Shown here: piece after piece, positions 18,089 through 27,744 of the stretch | Layout of the letters: each line of letters opens with the position of its first letter | Numbering within the stretch: the stretch's first letter is position 1 | Source of the DNA: a virus | DNA length: 64,000 nt | Strand: one strand, 5' to 3' | IMG/VR virus record: IMGVR_UViG_3300027908_000022 | Span: 1,572-65,571 of that record | Program-made: the position numbers and the translations under genes | Notes under the pieces: model-generated | The model's input: only the letters and a program-made list of their open reading frames with translations | Told to the model about the DNA's origin: nothing | The model's database searches: none

Positions 18089-18705
18089 CGGTGCCTCATG
18101 AGCCACTTCCGCGGCGTGTAAACGCGCTCCGTCGCGAAGAGCTCGAGGAGGAGCCAGTCCGCTGGCTCAGAGCAGAGATGCGCCGCCGAGTGCATGCTCA
18201 GCCTGAGTATGGCTTCCCGACGCATCAGCATAAACCGCGTGCCGTAGCTCTGGCCGACGCGGCAGACGAGCGGCGAGACCGGCTGCGGCATAGCTGTCTC
18301 TGGCATCCCACCGTGATCGCCAGCGCCGTGAATCATGATCCAGTCGGCCGGGACCTCGGCCATGAACGCTTCCCAGTGATCGCAAAAGTCCTCGGAAAAC
18401 TGGATGTCATCCTCGAGGATCGCGATCGTCTGAATGTGGAAAGCCTCGGCGGCCCGCACGATCGCCAGGTGGCTGAGCAGGCACCCGAGCTCTGTGGGCT
18501 TGAGCGGCTGCGGCGCCGGGCGCCCCTCGCGTCCGTGGGCGCTTCCTGCGAGCGTCGACAGCTGCATTCGCTCGCCGTCGAACGCATCGAAGTAGCCCCA
18601 AGACTGGAGACCGATGGCGTCCGCCTGCTTATTGAAGGCCTCGCGGCGCTCGGTCTGTCCGGAGCGCGAGATGACGACGGTCGGATCGGCAAATCGAACC
18701 ATCAC
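18085..18705 (-). CDS. GT25-family glycosyltransferase
   Basis: ISRSGQTERR, FDAFDG, ELGCLLSH and ILEDDI, all hallmark GT25 motifs. Confidence 0.8.
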   Translation of the reverse strand: MMVRFADPTVVISRSGQTERREAFNKQADAIGLQSWGYFDAFDGERMQLSTLAGSAHGREGRPAPQPLKPTELGCLLSHLAIVRAAEAFHIQTIAILEDDIQFSEDFCDHWEAFMAEVPADWIMIHGAGDHGGMPETAMPQPVSPLVCRVGQSYGTRFMLMRREAILRLSMHSAAHLCSEPADWLLLELFATERVYTPRKWLMRHR

Positions 18706-19199
18706 CGAACCTGCTTGACCGATATGCCCGGCTCGTTGCGATGCGGATCGAACGGCCGCTCATCGTCGATGAGGATGCACTCGTCGATCTCGTGCTCCAT
18801 CCACTGGCGAATGGCCATGCGGAGGGTCGCGGCGATATAGCCGCATAGGTCGCCCATGGGAGGCGGCGGCTCGCATTCGCATCCGATGCTGACCGCGATC
18901 AACTGCCGATGATTCGACTTCCGATCCGTCACGCGGCAGTCGAGCCGCCACGACAGCCGGAAGGCTCCCACGAGCAGCGTCGCGTGTTCAATGGGTAGAT
19001 CGAAGACGCGGAGCCGCACCCTCGCTGCCGCGTGCTGGTACGCCAAGAACTCGCCGGTCGTTCTCGGCGGGTAGACGTGGTCGACGTCGACCACGGGTTG
19101 CAGGATCCGACTGTGGTCGTATATATCCTCGCTGGTCACGGTGATTGGAAAGTGTCGATTCCCATCCATGGGCAGAAGGCTGTAGCTGTATCCCTTCAT
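18702..19199 (-). CDS. Hypothetical protein
   Basis: Coupled ORF (TGATG overlap). Confidence 0.55.
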   Translation of the reverse strand: MKGYSYSLLPMDGNRHFPITVTSEDIYDHSRILQPVVDVDHVYPPRTTGEFLAYQHAAARVRLRVFDLPIEHATLLVGAFRLSWRLDCRVTDRKSNHRQLIAVSIGCECEPPPPMGDLCGYIAATLRMAIRQWMEHEIDECILIDDERPFDPHRNEPGISVKQVR

Positions 19200-20047
19200 C
19201 ACCACGCCTCCGGCATCGGGACATTGCGGAACTTGCTGCCATGGCCGAGCGGAAACGGGCCGCCACGGCGCTGCTGTTCAAAGAGTTGCCCGTACTCTCC
19301 TGGCTCTCCAGGCTGTCCGCGGAACGCGAGACCGTCCTGATCGGCTTCTCGCCACAGAGTATAGCCGTACTTGTGGGCAAGAAGGCTTAGCACCGCTTGC
19401 TCGGTCCTATGCTCCTGCATCCCCTCTGGTTCTGGACCCAATATCGATGGCTCGAATGTGGTCGTCATGGGGTTTATAGAAAAAGTCAGCCATTCATACA
19501 ACAGCTGTTGTGGCTTGTATGGCCCCACCTTGAAGGCGGCCCAGCGTGCGCAACCAGCGGCCACGCCAGGCGCTAGATAATCGGCTCTCCCGTGGATCCG
19601 CTTCGCGTCAAGCATAGACGGATTTAGCCCCATCACGATTTCACAATCGCGAGTGCACCACCGCCGCTGATCGTGACCAGACGATCGAAACAGCATGGCG
19701 CCATCGCGGTCGGCCGTCTCGAACACGATCGAAATGTCGGCCACCGGTGCCGAATCACCATCGATATAGCAGACGATGTCGCCCGGCTCGCTTCGACGCA
19801 TGGCGTCGAGTATGATCAGCGGCTTCCACGCATAGAGTCCGTATCCTCGGCCCTTGGGCGCATACGCTCGTGAGCCCTCATGGTCCCAGAGCCATGCATT
19901 CAATTGCCGGAATGGATGCGCATCTAGCCAGCGGTCATCGTAGACGAGGAAAGAAGTCGCGCCGACATCGACGAAGCACTCGGTCACGCGCGCCGTGATC
20001 TCATCGTACGCGGCTCCGCCAAACGTTATCAGTCGTCGCTGGCTCAC
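19199..20047 (-). CDS. Nucleotide-sugar transferase-like protein
   Basis: GYGLYAWKPLIILDAM, IVCYIDGD and EHRTEQAVLSLL motifs; GTG start at 20047 coupled to the upstream stop. Confidence 0.65.
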   Translation of the reverse strand: MSQRRLITFGGAAYDEITARVTECFVDVGATSFLVYDDRWLDAHPFRQLNAWLWDHEGSRAYAPKGRGYGLYAWKPLIILDAMRRSEPGDIVCYIDGDSAPVADISIVFETADRDGAMLFRSSGHDQRRWCTRDCEIVMGLNPSMLDAKRIHGRADYLAPGVAAGCARWAAFKVGPYKPQQLLYEWLTFSINPMTTTFEPSILGPEPEGMQEHRTEQAVLSLLAHKYGYTLWREADQDGLAFRGQPGEPGEYGQLFEQQRRGGPFPLGHGSKFRNVPMPEAW

Positions 20048-20589
20048 GCTTCCCTCGATTTCATGAAAGCTATCAACCGCGCCACGTCCCCCGTCGCAAT
20101 CTTGCCCTCTAGCAGGTTGCACGCATGACACAGCCACGCACGAATCCGGCCCGTGCGGTGACAGTGGTCGAGCGTGAGCCTGCCGCCCTTCCCGCAGCAT
20201 TCGCAGGTCACCGGCTTCTTGTCTAGCCACCGCTGGACTTCCGCCAATGCATCGGCGCGATCCATCCCGTTGCATATCGGCGCGTGACCCTCTTTTTGCG
20301 CTCGCATGCGAGAGCCGTGGAGCATCACGCGCGCAACATTCCGCGCAGCCCACTCCTTCTGATAGGCGACCAGTTTCGGGTGACGAGTTCGCGCATTGCG
20401 CGCATCGATAGCCTTGTACTTGTCCGGATTCAGCCTTCTGTCGCGGCGCCGCCACGCGTTGCCATATTCCGGATTGGCGTCACGGCGCGCTTTCGCGCGC
20501 TGACGGCACTTGTCCTTGTGCTTCTCGTAGTATCGCTTCGCGCGCTCGTTCGGCGTGAGCGGCCTGTCCGGAAGAATTCGTGCGGGCAT
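20044..20589 (-). CDS. Endonuclease VII-like HNH protein
   Basis: CECC..LTLDHCHRTGRIRAWLCHACN. Confidence 0.8.
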   Translation of the reverse strand: MPARILPDRPLTPNERAKRYYEKHKDKCRQRAKARRDANPEYGNAWRRRDRRLNPDKYKAIDARNARTRHPKLVAYQKEWAARNVARVMLHGSRMRAQKEGHAPICNGMDRADALAEVQRWLDKKPVTCECCGKGGRLTLDHCHRTGRIRAWLCHACNLLEGKIATGDVARLIAFMKSREA

Positions 20590-21479
20590 TACTTATCCCC
20601 AACCCACATCTGCCGGTTGCCCGGCTCTTGATGGTACTCCGTCGCGCGGTTGCACTTGCGGCAGATCGAGCTGTCCATATTGGCGGCGGTCAAGCCATTC
20701 GACGCGGATGCCGCCTGCGCAAAGTAGCGCACTTCTTCGTACGTCATCGAAAGCAGATTCCCGATCGGTGCACGCAACCCGTAGTCCATGCAGCACAGGT
20801 AAACGTCCCCGTTCGGCATGAGCACGTTTTGGTCGTAGAACGGCGTGTACGAGCACGATACGGGACCTTTGTGCCGCACCGCCGGCTCGAGCGACGGCGT
20901 ACCGTGAACGCCTTCTCGGTTGAGGCTTCCAGCTCTATCGTGGCCTTCCCACATCGGCAGGTGCTTGATCCCGTGGCCGAGCCCGGACGCCACGCCGCCA
21001 GCGTGGTCCATCGTCATGAGCTCGAACCGTCGAATGAACCCGGCCTCGCGTACCATCATGAACCTGTCGAGCGCCAGCAGATACTCGCCCGTCTTCTTGA
21101 ACTGCCGCATGTGGCCGCCCTCGTCGGGCAGATGCAGACACACGACCTCGATCTGAGCCGCGTGGGCGTGCAGTAGCATCGCCACGTCGTCCGCGTCTTC
21201 CGGCGTCATGCCCTGGAGCGTCGTGTAGATGGCGACCGAGTAGTCCATCGCGAGCGTGAGCCGAAGCATGTTCGTGCACTCGGGGTTGGCCCACGGCTCG
21301 GCCATGCCCGAGAAGTCGATCCGGACGTGCTTCGGGATCTTCGGCAGAATGATGGCGAAGTCCTCGAGGGATAGCATCCGCTTCGCGAACTTCGGGTAGT
21401 TCGCGAGGAGCGCGTCCTGCGGGCAGTAGTCGCATCGCACGGGGCAGCCCACCATGGTCGTGATCTCAAGTGTCGGCAT
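20589..21479 (-). CDS. Radical SAM / SPASM-domain protein
   Basis: CxxxCxxC (CPVRCDYC), FSGMAEP, and SPASM-like C..PNGDVYLCC.D...IGNL...C..C. Confidence 0.85.
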   Translation of the reverse strand: MPTLEITTMVGCPVRCDYCPQDALLANYPKFAKRMLSLEDFAIILPKIPKHVRIDFSGMAEPWANPECTNMLRLTLAMDYSVAIYTTLQGMTPEDADDVAMLLHAHAAQIEVVCLHLPDEGGHMRQFKKTGEYLLALDRFMMVREAGFIRRFELMTMDHAGGVASGLGHGIKHLPMWEGHDRAGSLNREGVHGTPSLEPAVRHKGPVSCSYTPFYDQNVLMPNGDVYLCCMDYGLRAPIGNLLSMTYEEVRYFAQAASASNGLTAANMDSSICRKCNRATEYHQEPGNRQMWVGDK

Positions 21480-21858
21480 GGAGCAGGTTCACCCTCCGGT
21501 ACGTTACCCCATCGGGCGCCTTGTGGCGGAGCTTCCGCATCATGTCCTCGCCGCCGCGCGGGTTCATGGTGTGGACCGAGATGTCCGGCACCCACCTGCC
21601 ATGTTCCTCCATCCAAAGGAGGACGTCGTAGCCGGTTTTCTCCTTGTGACGTCTGCGGTCGATGGGCGTCGGTGGGGATCCATACCCGCCTGGTTCATCG
21701 GCATCTTCGTAGTGTTCGTCTGCGAGGTCGTGATCGAGGCTCACGTGCTCGACGTCGTGCGCCTGCAGCATCGCGATACACTCGTCCGCGGTCTTGGCCC
21801 ATAGATCGTAGTCGAACGGTTTCTTGCGCATATCGTCGAGCCAAAGACGCTTGCCCAT
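21466..21858 (-). CDS. Cyclic-phosphate-processing receiver-domain protein
   Basis: LWLDDMR, VSLDHDL, TGYDVLLW and HTMNP motifs; GGAG RBS before ATG 21858. Confidence 0.75.
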   Translation of the reverse strand: MGKRLWLDDMRKKPFDYDLWAKTADECIAMLQAHDVEHVSLDHDLADEHYEDADEPGGYGSPPTPIDRRRHKEKTGYDVLLWMEEHGRWVPDISVHTMNPRGGEDMMRKLRHKAPDGVTYRRVNLLHADT

Positions 21859-21928
21859 TAGTCCCTCTCCATCCTGATCTCGACGAGGATCCATGGCTCG
21901 GTCTGATATGTCCAGCATCCGTGGTGGC

Positions 21929-22582
21929 TCACCGAATCCACACACGAACGTCTCCGTCCGGATTCTCCGGGTTCCCGCGCACCATGTGCAGCCCCGCCGC
22001 CCGGCACGCGTGCTCCATGATGATGCGCTCGGTCTCGTGGTGGGACTCGTAGAGCGCCACCTTGACGCCGCCCCAGTGCCGATAGGAGGAGAACACCTCG
22101 TGCCCCACGCCTTCCGCATCGCACTTCAAGACATCCGCCGCCGGTAGATCGCCCGGGTCGACCACCGGGACGCGGGTCCCTGAGCGCACGCCGAACGTCT
22201 TACTGGCCCCCCAGTTCTCATCCATCGCAAGGTACGCGTCCCCGAGACGCGAGCTCGTGACGGCCGCGCAGGTGACGACGACTGGCACCGGCGCAGTGAA
22301 CTCGCCGCAGTTCTGAAACGCCAGGTCTATCGCCGCTTTGTTCGGGTCGTAGCCGTATATCTGCCGCAAGCTGGGCCACCACGCGCAAGCCCAGACGAAG
22401 AATGCGCCGACGTTGCAGCCGACGTCCACGAGCGTGCGGACGTCCTCCGGCGCAGTGCGCAGATACGAGTACTCGCCCTCGAAAACGCTACGGCAACAGC
22501 GTTCGGCGTGGTAGCTCGTGGCCTCCGGCTCGGCCGGAATGAGGAACGGCCCGCGCGGCCCCGTGATCGTTCGCGTCTTCAT
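21929..22582 (-). CDS. FkbM-family methyltransferase
   Basis: LVDVGCNVGAF, YGYDPN and LKCDAEG motifs. Confidence 0.75.
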   Translation of the reverse strand: MKTRTITGPRGPFLIPAEPEATSYHAERCCRSVFEGEYSYLRTAPEDVRTLVDVGCNVGAFFVWACAWWPSLRQIYGYDPNKAAIDLAFQNCGEFTAPVPVVVTCAAVTSSRLGDAYLAMDENWGASKTFGVRSGTRVPVVDPGDLPAADVLKCDAEGVGHEVFSSYRHWGGVKVALYESHHETERIIMEHACRAAGLHMVRGNPENPDGDVRVWIR

Positions 22583-23490
22583 GGCTCCCTGTACCACGCC
22601 ACCGTCCGATGCAGGCCCTCGACGAGCGAGATCGTGGGGCGCCATCCGAGGCTGTACGCCTTCGTCGAGCTCATGAGCTTGCGCGGCATGCCGTCCGGCT
22701 TGGAGGAGTCAAACCGGATCTCGCCCTTGAAGCCCACGACATCCGCGATGGTCTTGGCGATATACCCTACCGAATACTCCGCCTCGGTGCCAACGTTGAT
22801 CGGCTCCGGGTCCTCGTGCACGGCCATGAAGTGCACGCAGGCCGCCGCGAGATCGTCGACGTGCATCAGCTCACGCCGCGGCGTGCCGGTGCCCCAGACG
22901 ACGACCTCCGGCGCGTCCGCCAGGACACCGCGCGCCTGCTCGAAGCGCTCGATCAGCATCGGCACCATGTGGCCCTCCTCTCCGAAGTTGTCGTTCGGTC
23001 CGTAGAGGTTCGGGGGGATGAGGCAGACGGCTCGCAACCCGTGCTGCTTGCTGAACGCACGGACCATCTCGATCCCGGCGAGCTTCGCGATCGCATACGA
23101 CCGATTGGTCTCTTCGAGCGGCCCGGTCATCAGATCGACCTCCCGCATCGGCTGCGGGCAGTCGCGCGGGTAGATGCAGCTCGAGCCGAGAAAACAGAGC
23201 TTCGCGCCGTAGAGCATGCAGGCTTCGATGACGTTGGTCTGAATGCGGAGGTTGTCCGCGATGAAATCCCCGGGGCGATCGATATTGGCCTGGATGCCGC
23301 CCACCGTGGCGGCCGCGAGGTACACCTCGTTCGGCTGCCATGCGTGCATGAAGTCCCACACGCTTTGCTTATCCCTCAGATCGAGCTGGCGTCGCGCTGG
23401 GTCGATGATTCCACCCGGCGTTGCGCGCAGCGCCCGCACGATGGCCGAGCCCACGAGACCACGGCTACCGAAGACCACGCGCTCGGTCAT
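22579..23490 (-). CDS. fcl: GDP-L-fucose synthase
   Basis: GSRGLVGSA, LAAATVGGI.AN, FLGSSCIYP, YAIAK, NLYGPNDNF, WGTGTPRRE..HVDD, PDGMPRK. Confidence 0.95.
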   Translation of the reverse strand: MTERVVFGSRGLVGSAIVRALRATPGGIIDPARRQLDLRDKQSVWDFMHAWQPNEVYLAAATVGGIQANIDRPGDFIADNLRIQTNVIEACMLYGAKLCFLGSSCIYPRDCPQPMREVDLMTGPLEETNRSYAIAKLAGIEMVRAFSKQHGLRAVCLIPPNLYGPNDNFGEEGHMVPMLIERFEQARGVLADAPEVVVWGTGTPRRELMHVDDLAAACVHFMAVHEDPEPINVGTEAEYSVGYIAKTIADVVGFKGEIRFDSSKPDGMPRKLMSSTKAYSLGWRPTISLVEGLHRTVAWYREP

Positions 23491-24446
23491 CGCCCCGCCT
23501 CCCGCATCTCGTGGTCGACCATCATGCGGACGAGCTCTTTGAATGATGTGCGCGGGTACCAGCCAAGCACGTCGTGCGCCTTGGTTGCGTCCCCGACGAG
23601 ATTCTGGATCTCGCTCGGTCGCGTATACCGCTCCGCTATCCCCACGTACGGCCCCGTCTGATTGATCCCGGCGCACGCAAAGGCCAGGTCCAGGAACTCT
23701 TGCACGGAGTGCGACTGCCCCATGGCGATCACGTAGTCATCGGGCTTGTATTGCTGGAGCATCAGCCACATGGCCTCGACGTACTCGGCCGCGAAACCCC
23801 AGTCGCGTTTCGGCATGAGGTCCCCGAGATAGAGCTTGTCCTGCTTGCCCATTGATATGCGGGCCGCCGCCTTCGCGATCTTTCGCGTGACGAAGGTCTC
23901 ACCGCGGCGCGGTCCCTCATGGTTGAACAAGATCCCGCACGACACGTGCAGGTCGTACGTCTCCCGGTACATGACGGCCGTGTGATGCGCGGCGAGCTTG
24001 GCGATACCGTAGGGAGATACCGGAACGAATCGGCTGCGCTCGTTCAGCGGTCCCGGCGTGTTGCCGAACATTTCGGAGCTGCTCGCGACATAAACGCGGG
24101 CCTCCGGGCACATGTCGCGCACGGCGCGGAGCAACCTCGAGGTCCCCTGCGCGATCACGTCGTGCGTGTAGTCCGGCTGGTCGAAGGACACGCGCACGTG
24201 CGACTGGGCGGCAAGGTGATAGACCTCGTCTGGCCCCGAGCGGTCCACGGCGTTGCGGATCGATTCCACGTCGAGCATGTCGGCGAAGTGCAGCTTCAGG
24301 CGATCGAAGATGGGGTCGATCCGGCCCGTGTTGAACGACGAGGATCGGCGGACCGTGCCATGGACCTCGTAGCCCTTCTGAAGCAGGAGCTCAGCCAAAT
24401 AGCTACCGTCTTGACCGGTGATACCCGTGATGAGTGCCCGCTTCAC
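23487..24446 (-). CDS. gmd: GDP-mannose 4,6-dehydratase
   Basis: ALITGITGQDGSYLAELLL.KGYEVHG, LAAQSHV, SSSEMFG, SPYGIAK, GILFNHE.PRRGETFVTRKI. Confidence 0.96.
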   Translation of the reverse strand: MKRALITGITGQDGSYLAELLLQKGYEVHGTVRRSSSFNTGRIDPIFDRLKLHFADMLDVESIRNAVDRSGPDEVYHLAAQSHVRVSFDQPDYTHDVIAQGTSRLLRAVRDMCPEARVYVASSSEMFGNTPGPLNERSRFVPVSPYGIAKLAAHHTAVMYRETYDLHVSCGILFNHEGPRRGETFVTRKIAKAAARISMGKQDKLYLGDLMPKRDWGFAAEYVEAMWLMLQQYKPDDYVIAMGQSHSVQEFLDLAFACAGINQTGPYVGIAERYTRPSEIQNLVGDATKAHDVLGWYPRTSFKELVRMMVDHEMREAGR

Positions 24447-25108
24447 CGCTTCCACCATCCGTCGTTGTCCCGGAGGTGCGTCACGGCCGTCGAGAAGGAC
24501 GACCCCACGCACCCTTTGAACGCCTTCGATCCGCCGCACATGAACAGATCGACCACGGCATCGGAGAGCATCGTATTGCGCTGGCCCGCGTCGTCCTGGC
24601 GGTCGTGGACGCTGATGGGCCGATTGAAGAAGCAATGCGCGCCGAGCCAGTCAACGAGCGCGCGCTGCGTCGTGCCGTTGTCGGTCGCCACGTAGACCTG
24701 CATCGGTTGCGCCTTCGCCCACGCGACGAAGTCCTCGTCCTTCTCGTTCGACGCGAACCACTCCTTGGGGAGGTCGGTCCGGCGGATATGCATGGCCGCG
24801 TACGGCCCGCGGCCGATCTTCAGGATGCTGATGCGATCGCGGATCTTCTCGACCGGCACGAGCAGGCTGTACTTGTGGGCCCACGCGCCGGCGAGCGGGT
24901 TCAAGGACTTGAGCTCGTCGCCGCGGCCCTCGTCAAGGAACGTGATGCCATCGATGGGCTGGAAGACGTCGAGAAACCGAGCGTTGGCGATCTCCCCATC
25001 CGGTACCCAGACGATCTCGATGCCTTGGCTCTCGTACGCGGCCAAGTAGGAGAGCGCGACCCTGAGGCGATTGGCGAGACCCCCGATGGCTTGCACGCGG
25101 ACTGTCAT
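24443..25108 (-). CDS. Fucosyltransferase-like protein (NodZ/GT23-like motifs)
   Basis: GGLANRL, AMHIRRTD, VYVATDN and VDLFMC..SKAFKG..SSFS; adjacent to gmd-fcl. Confidence 0.7.
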   Translation of the reverse strand: MTVRVQAIGGLANRLRVALSYLAAYESQGIEIVWVPDGEIANARFLDVFQPIDGITFLDEGRGDELKSLNPLAGAWAHKYSLLVPVEKIRDRISILKIGRGPYAAMHIRRTDLPKEWFASNEKDEDFVAWAKAQPMQVYVATDNGTTQRALVDWLGAHCFFNRPISVHDRQDDAGQRNTMLSDAVVDLFMCGGSKAFKGCVGSSFSTAVTHLRDNDGWWKR

Positions 25109-25290
25109 ATGAGGCCTACGCGACTCAGTAGCGTACCTTTGGGACATGTCGCCGAATGTTGTCCGGACCCGATTGCGTCGCATTCACATCGATAACCGAC
25201 GATGAACTCGATCGCCTCCAACGCCTTGACCTCATCGGTCAATAGTTGCAATTCACGTCGACGAGTCTCGAGCAGCGTCTTTATATTCAC
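25105..25290 (-). CDS. Hypothetical protein
   Basis: 61 aa, coupled on both sides. Confidence 0.5.
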   Translation of the reverse strand: MNIKTLLETRRRELQLLTDEVKALEAIEFIVGYRCECDAIGSGQHSATCPKGTLLSRVGLI

Positions 25291-25508
25291 GGCAGCCCCG
25301 CATGCATGCGCCGCCGGTCGATCTCCCGGAGGGCCAGCTTGTAGAAGGCCTCGGCGCCACGAATGGCTTCCGGCGTGCCCATACGCCGCGCGCTATTCAG
25401 GTTCGCCAAGAGCCGGGCCGTCCGCGTGTTGAGGTAGGCGTCGCTATCTCCGCGGAGAATGCTCGCCATCTCGGCCATGTCGTAACTCGGGAGGTAGCCA
25501 TTCGCCAT
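25287..25508 (-). CDS. Hypothetical protein
   Basis: ATG at 25508, 73 aa. Confidence 0.5.
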   Translation of the reverse strand: MANGYLPSYDMAEMASILRGDSDAYLNTRTARLLANLNSARRMGTPEAIRGAEAFYKLALREIDRRRMHAGLP

Positions 25509-25513
25509 CCGCT

Positions 25514-26245
25514 TCACCACTTGGTGACGTACCACACGCTCGAATGGCCGTTCTCCCAGCCTTCGCGCTCGACCGGCCACGGGGCGAGCAGGTAGCCGCG
25601 CGCGCCCACCTTGAAGAGGAACGCGTCGCGTACGGCGCGCTGGACGTCGCCTCCCCAGGACACCTGGGTGAAATCGTGACCCGCAATCACACCGCTGGGC
25701 TTGGTGATGCGCCGTGCTTCCTCGATATCGGCGAGCAGGCCGTCGTAGGTGTGATCGCCGTCCAAGAACGTCAGGTCCACCGACGCGTCCGGAACGAGCT
25801 TGAGCATCTCGCGCGAGCCGCCGCGCAGGATCTTGAATGGGGACGGCTCCAGGACGAAGTCCGGCTCGAGCGTCGCAGCTTCGTGGACGATCGAATAGCC
25901 GCCAGCAAGGATTTCGGGCGCATGCGCCATGAGCATCGCCCAGAACGCTTCGAACATCCCGCCGTGCTTGTCGCGGAGCTCGCGGTCCGGGCCGACCGGC
26001 AGGCGCTCGCCCGCGTCGTCCCACTCGTTCAGCCACTGGTCCACGGATATGAGCCTTAGGTCCGCCCGCTCGAGCCCCACGAACGACAGCGAGCGCCCGA
26101 AGAAGCTCCCCACCTCGAGGTAGGTCCCGCCCTGCGGGACGAGCGGGAGGAGCAGATCCCGCATCGCCACGAGTATATCCGTGGATCCTCCCGGAAACGT
26201 AGGCTTCCACGCGATCGATTCTTCGGGCGTCATCTGCAGCGCCAC
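25514..26245 (-). CDS. Class I SAM methyltransferase (Methyltransf_24)
   Basis: YLEVGSFFGRS and FLDGDHTY..LLADI...KPSGVIAGHDF motifs. Confidence 0.8.
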   Translation of the reverse strand: MALQMTPEESIAWKPTFPGGSTDILVAMRDLLLPLVPQGGTYLEVGSFFGRSLSFVGLERADLRLISVDQWLNEWDDAGERLPVGPDRELRDKHGGMFEAFWAMLMAHAPEILAGGYSIVHEAATLEPDFVLEPSPFKILRGGSREMLKLVPDASVDLTFLDGDHTYDGLLADIEEARRITKPSGVIAGHDFTQVSWGGDVQRAVRDAFLFKVGARGYLLAPWPVEREGWENGHSSVWYVTKW

Positions 26246-26615
26246 TCCCCCGATCGAATCCGGTCGGGATCGTTGAATAGTTGCGTAATGGTGTCTGTCC
26301 TGTACCAGAGCGACCAGAGGAGTCGCTGCCAGCGGCCGTTCGCGTCGATATAATCGACGATTCTACCGCCATTCGCATGACGCGTCGGCGCCCACGCGAA
26401 CCGCCACAACTTCCAATGAAACCAGGTCACTTGGCCGCCTTCCGCTCGCGCTCGAGCTGAGAGAACCGGATCCGGTCGACCGGATGCCGGGACAGGGCGA
26501 CCTGACCGCAGAGCGCGCAGCTCTTCGCCGGCGCCATGCCGATGGGCTTGACCTTGTGCTCTTCGGCACACGCGTCGCAAATCATCTTCCACTGTGATGC
26601 GCCGCCGAACATCAC
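26230..26615 (-). CDS. Two small hypothetical ORFs (26230-26430 and 26427-26615)
   Basis: Coupled GTGA/ATGA overlaps; the second has CxxC pairs. Confidence 0.45.
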
Positions 26616-26851
26616 TCCTCCCCGTCGTCTTCGGGCATCGCGGCCGCCCGCTTGGCCCGCATGGCCCGGCCGCCTTTGCGACCGGCGGCTCTGGCCTCGT
26701 CGGAGTTGAACTCGTGTGCTGTCTGGGCAGCGTGCGCCGCCTTGCCGCCCTTGCTGGCTATTTGGGCGACGAGCGCCCTGTCCATCGCCGCGAAGCCGCG
26801 CTTCTTCTTCGGCGCCGGCGCGTCCGGCTTCGTGTCGTCGTCACTCGGCAT
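26612..26851 (-). CDS. KGG-repeat general stress protein
   Basis: RGFAAMD..IASKGGKA..HEFNSDEARAAGRKGG. Confidence 0.85.
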   Translation of the reverse strand: MPSDDDTKPDAPAPKKKRGFAAMDRALVAQIASKGGKAAHAAQTAHEFNSDEARAAGRKGGRAMRAKRAAAMPEDDGEE

Positions 26852-27173
26852 TGGCCGGCTCGATGACGGCCTGGATCTGGCTCGCCACGATGAATAGATA
26901 TTCCTCGTCGCCGACCTTTCGATCCTGGCCGTCCCACTTCCCGAAGACGACGACGTCCCCCGGCTTGACGCCCGTGGGCACACGGAACCCGCTCGGCATC
27001 TCGAAGCCCGGCCCGACGGCGAGCACCTCGCCACGCTGGGCCTTCTCCTGCGCACCCTCGGGGATGATGATGCCGCCGGCCGAGACGGTCTCGGTCGGCG
27101 CACGCCGCACGATGACCCTGTCCCCCATGGGACGGATCCGGATCTTCGCCTTGAGCTCTTCGCTATACCCCAT
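26841..27173 (-). CDS. groES: Co-chaperonin GroES
   Basis: IRPMGDRVIVRR, GGIIIPE.AQEK, GEVLAVGPG, VKPGDVVVF. Confidence 0.93.
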   Translation of the reverse strand: MGYSEELKAKIRIRPMGDRVIVRRAPTETVSAGGIIIPEGAQEKAQRGEVLAVGPGFEMPSGFRVPTGVKPGDVVVFGKWDGQDRKVGDEEYLFIVASQIQAVIEPANAE

Positions 27174-27408
27174 CGTCGTCGTCCTCCACCAGTTCCACCC
27201 GTACACACCCGTTACCCCCGAACGCATCTTTCGGCACCGGGCTGCCGTATGCGTCGATCCCCTTCTTCGGCCATACGCGATCGGCCGGATTCTCGGCCTT
27301 CCACAATGAGCCCGCGCATCCCGGCGAGCACGTGCGCGCGTCCACGCGCTGATACGGCCGTCGCGGGATCGGTCGTCGGCACGCCTCGCAAAGCGGCGCG
27401 TCCGTCAT
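27163..27408 (-). CDS. Hypothetical Zn-binding protein
   Basis: CEAC...TCSPGC motif. Confidence 0.5.
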   Translation of the reverse strand: MTDAPLCEACRRPIPRRPYQRVDARTCSPGCAGSLWKAENPADRVWPKKGIDAYGSPVPKDAFGGNGCVRVELVEDDDDGV

Positions 27409-27635
27409 CGCGGCCCCGCCTGTATACCGAGCTTCGCCGCCGCTATTCGTAGCCGGGTATCGGTATTCTCCGAGACGTTCTTCCCGTCCGCCCACTTCCG
27501 TACCGTCGAGGGGTCGCATACCGCTTCGAGTGACAGTCGAAGCACCTGACGCCCGGTTAGTGCGATGACGGCCCGTCCACTGGGCGTCCCCGGTTTTCCG
27601 TTGGAATCACCCGATGTTTGCTTCGGTTCCGCCAT
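27405..27635 (-). CDS. Small HTH DNA-binding protein
   Basis: LSLEAVCDPSTVRKWADG...RLRIAAAKLGI; paralog of 8687-8863. Confidence 0.6.
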   Translation of the reverse strand: MAEPKQTSGDSNGKPGTPSGRAVIALTGRQVLRLSLEAVCDPSTVRKWADGKNVSENTDTRLRIAAAKLGIQAGPR

Positions 27636-27744
27636 GTGTTCGCGAAGCCATTACTTGCCCAGCCCGTTTCGCTTTGCAAGGAAAAAGTGCTGGTCAGGCG
27701 TCCACCGAACGTAAATCCACCGACAGGCGCGCTTGGTAATGCGC

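Noticed and set aside
22609-23661. 350-aa + strand ORF
   Set aside because: Antisense shadow of fcl in GC-rich DNA.
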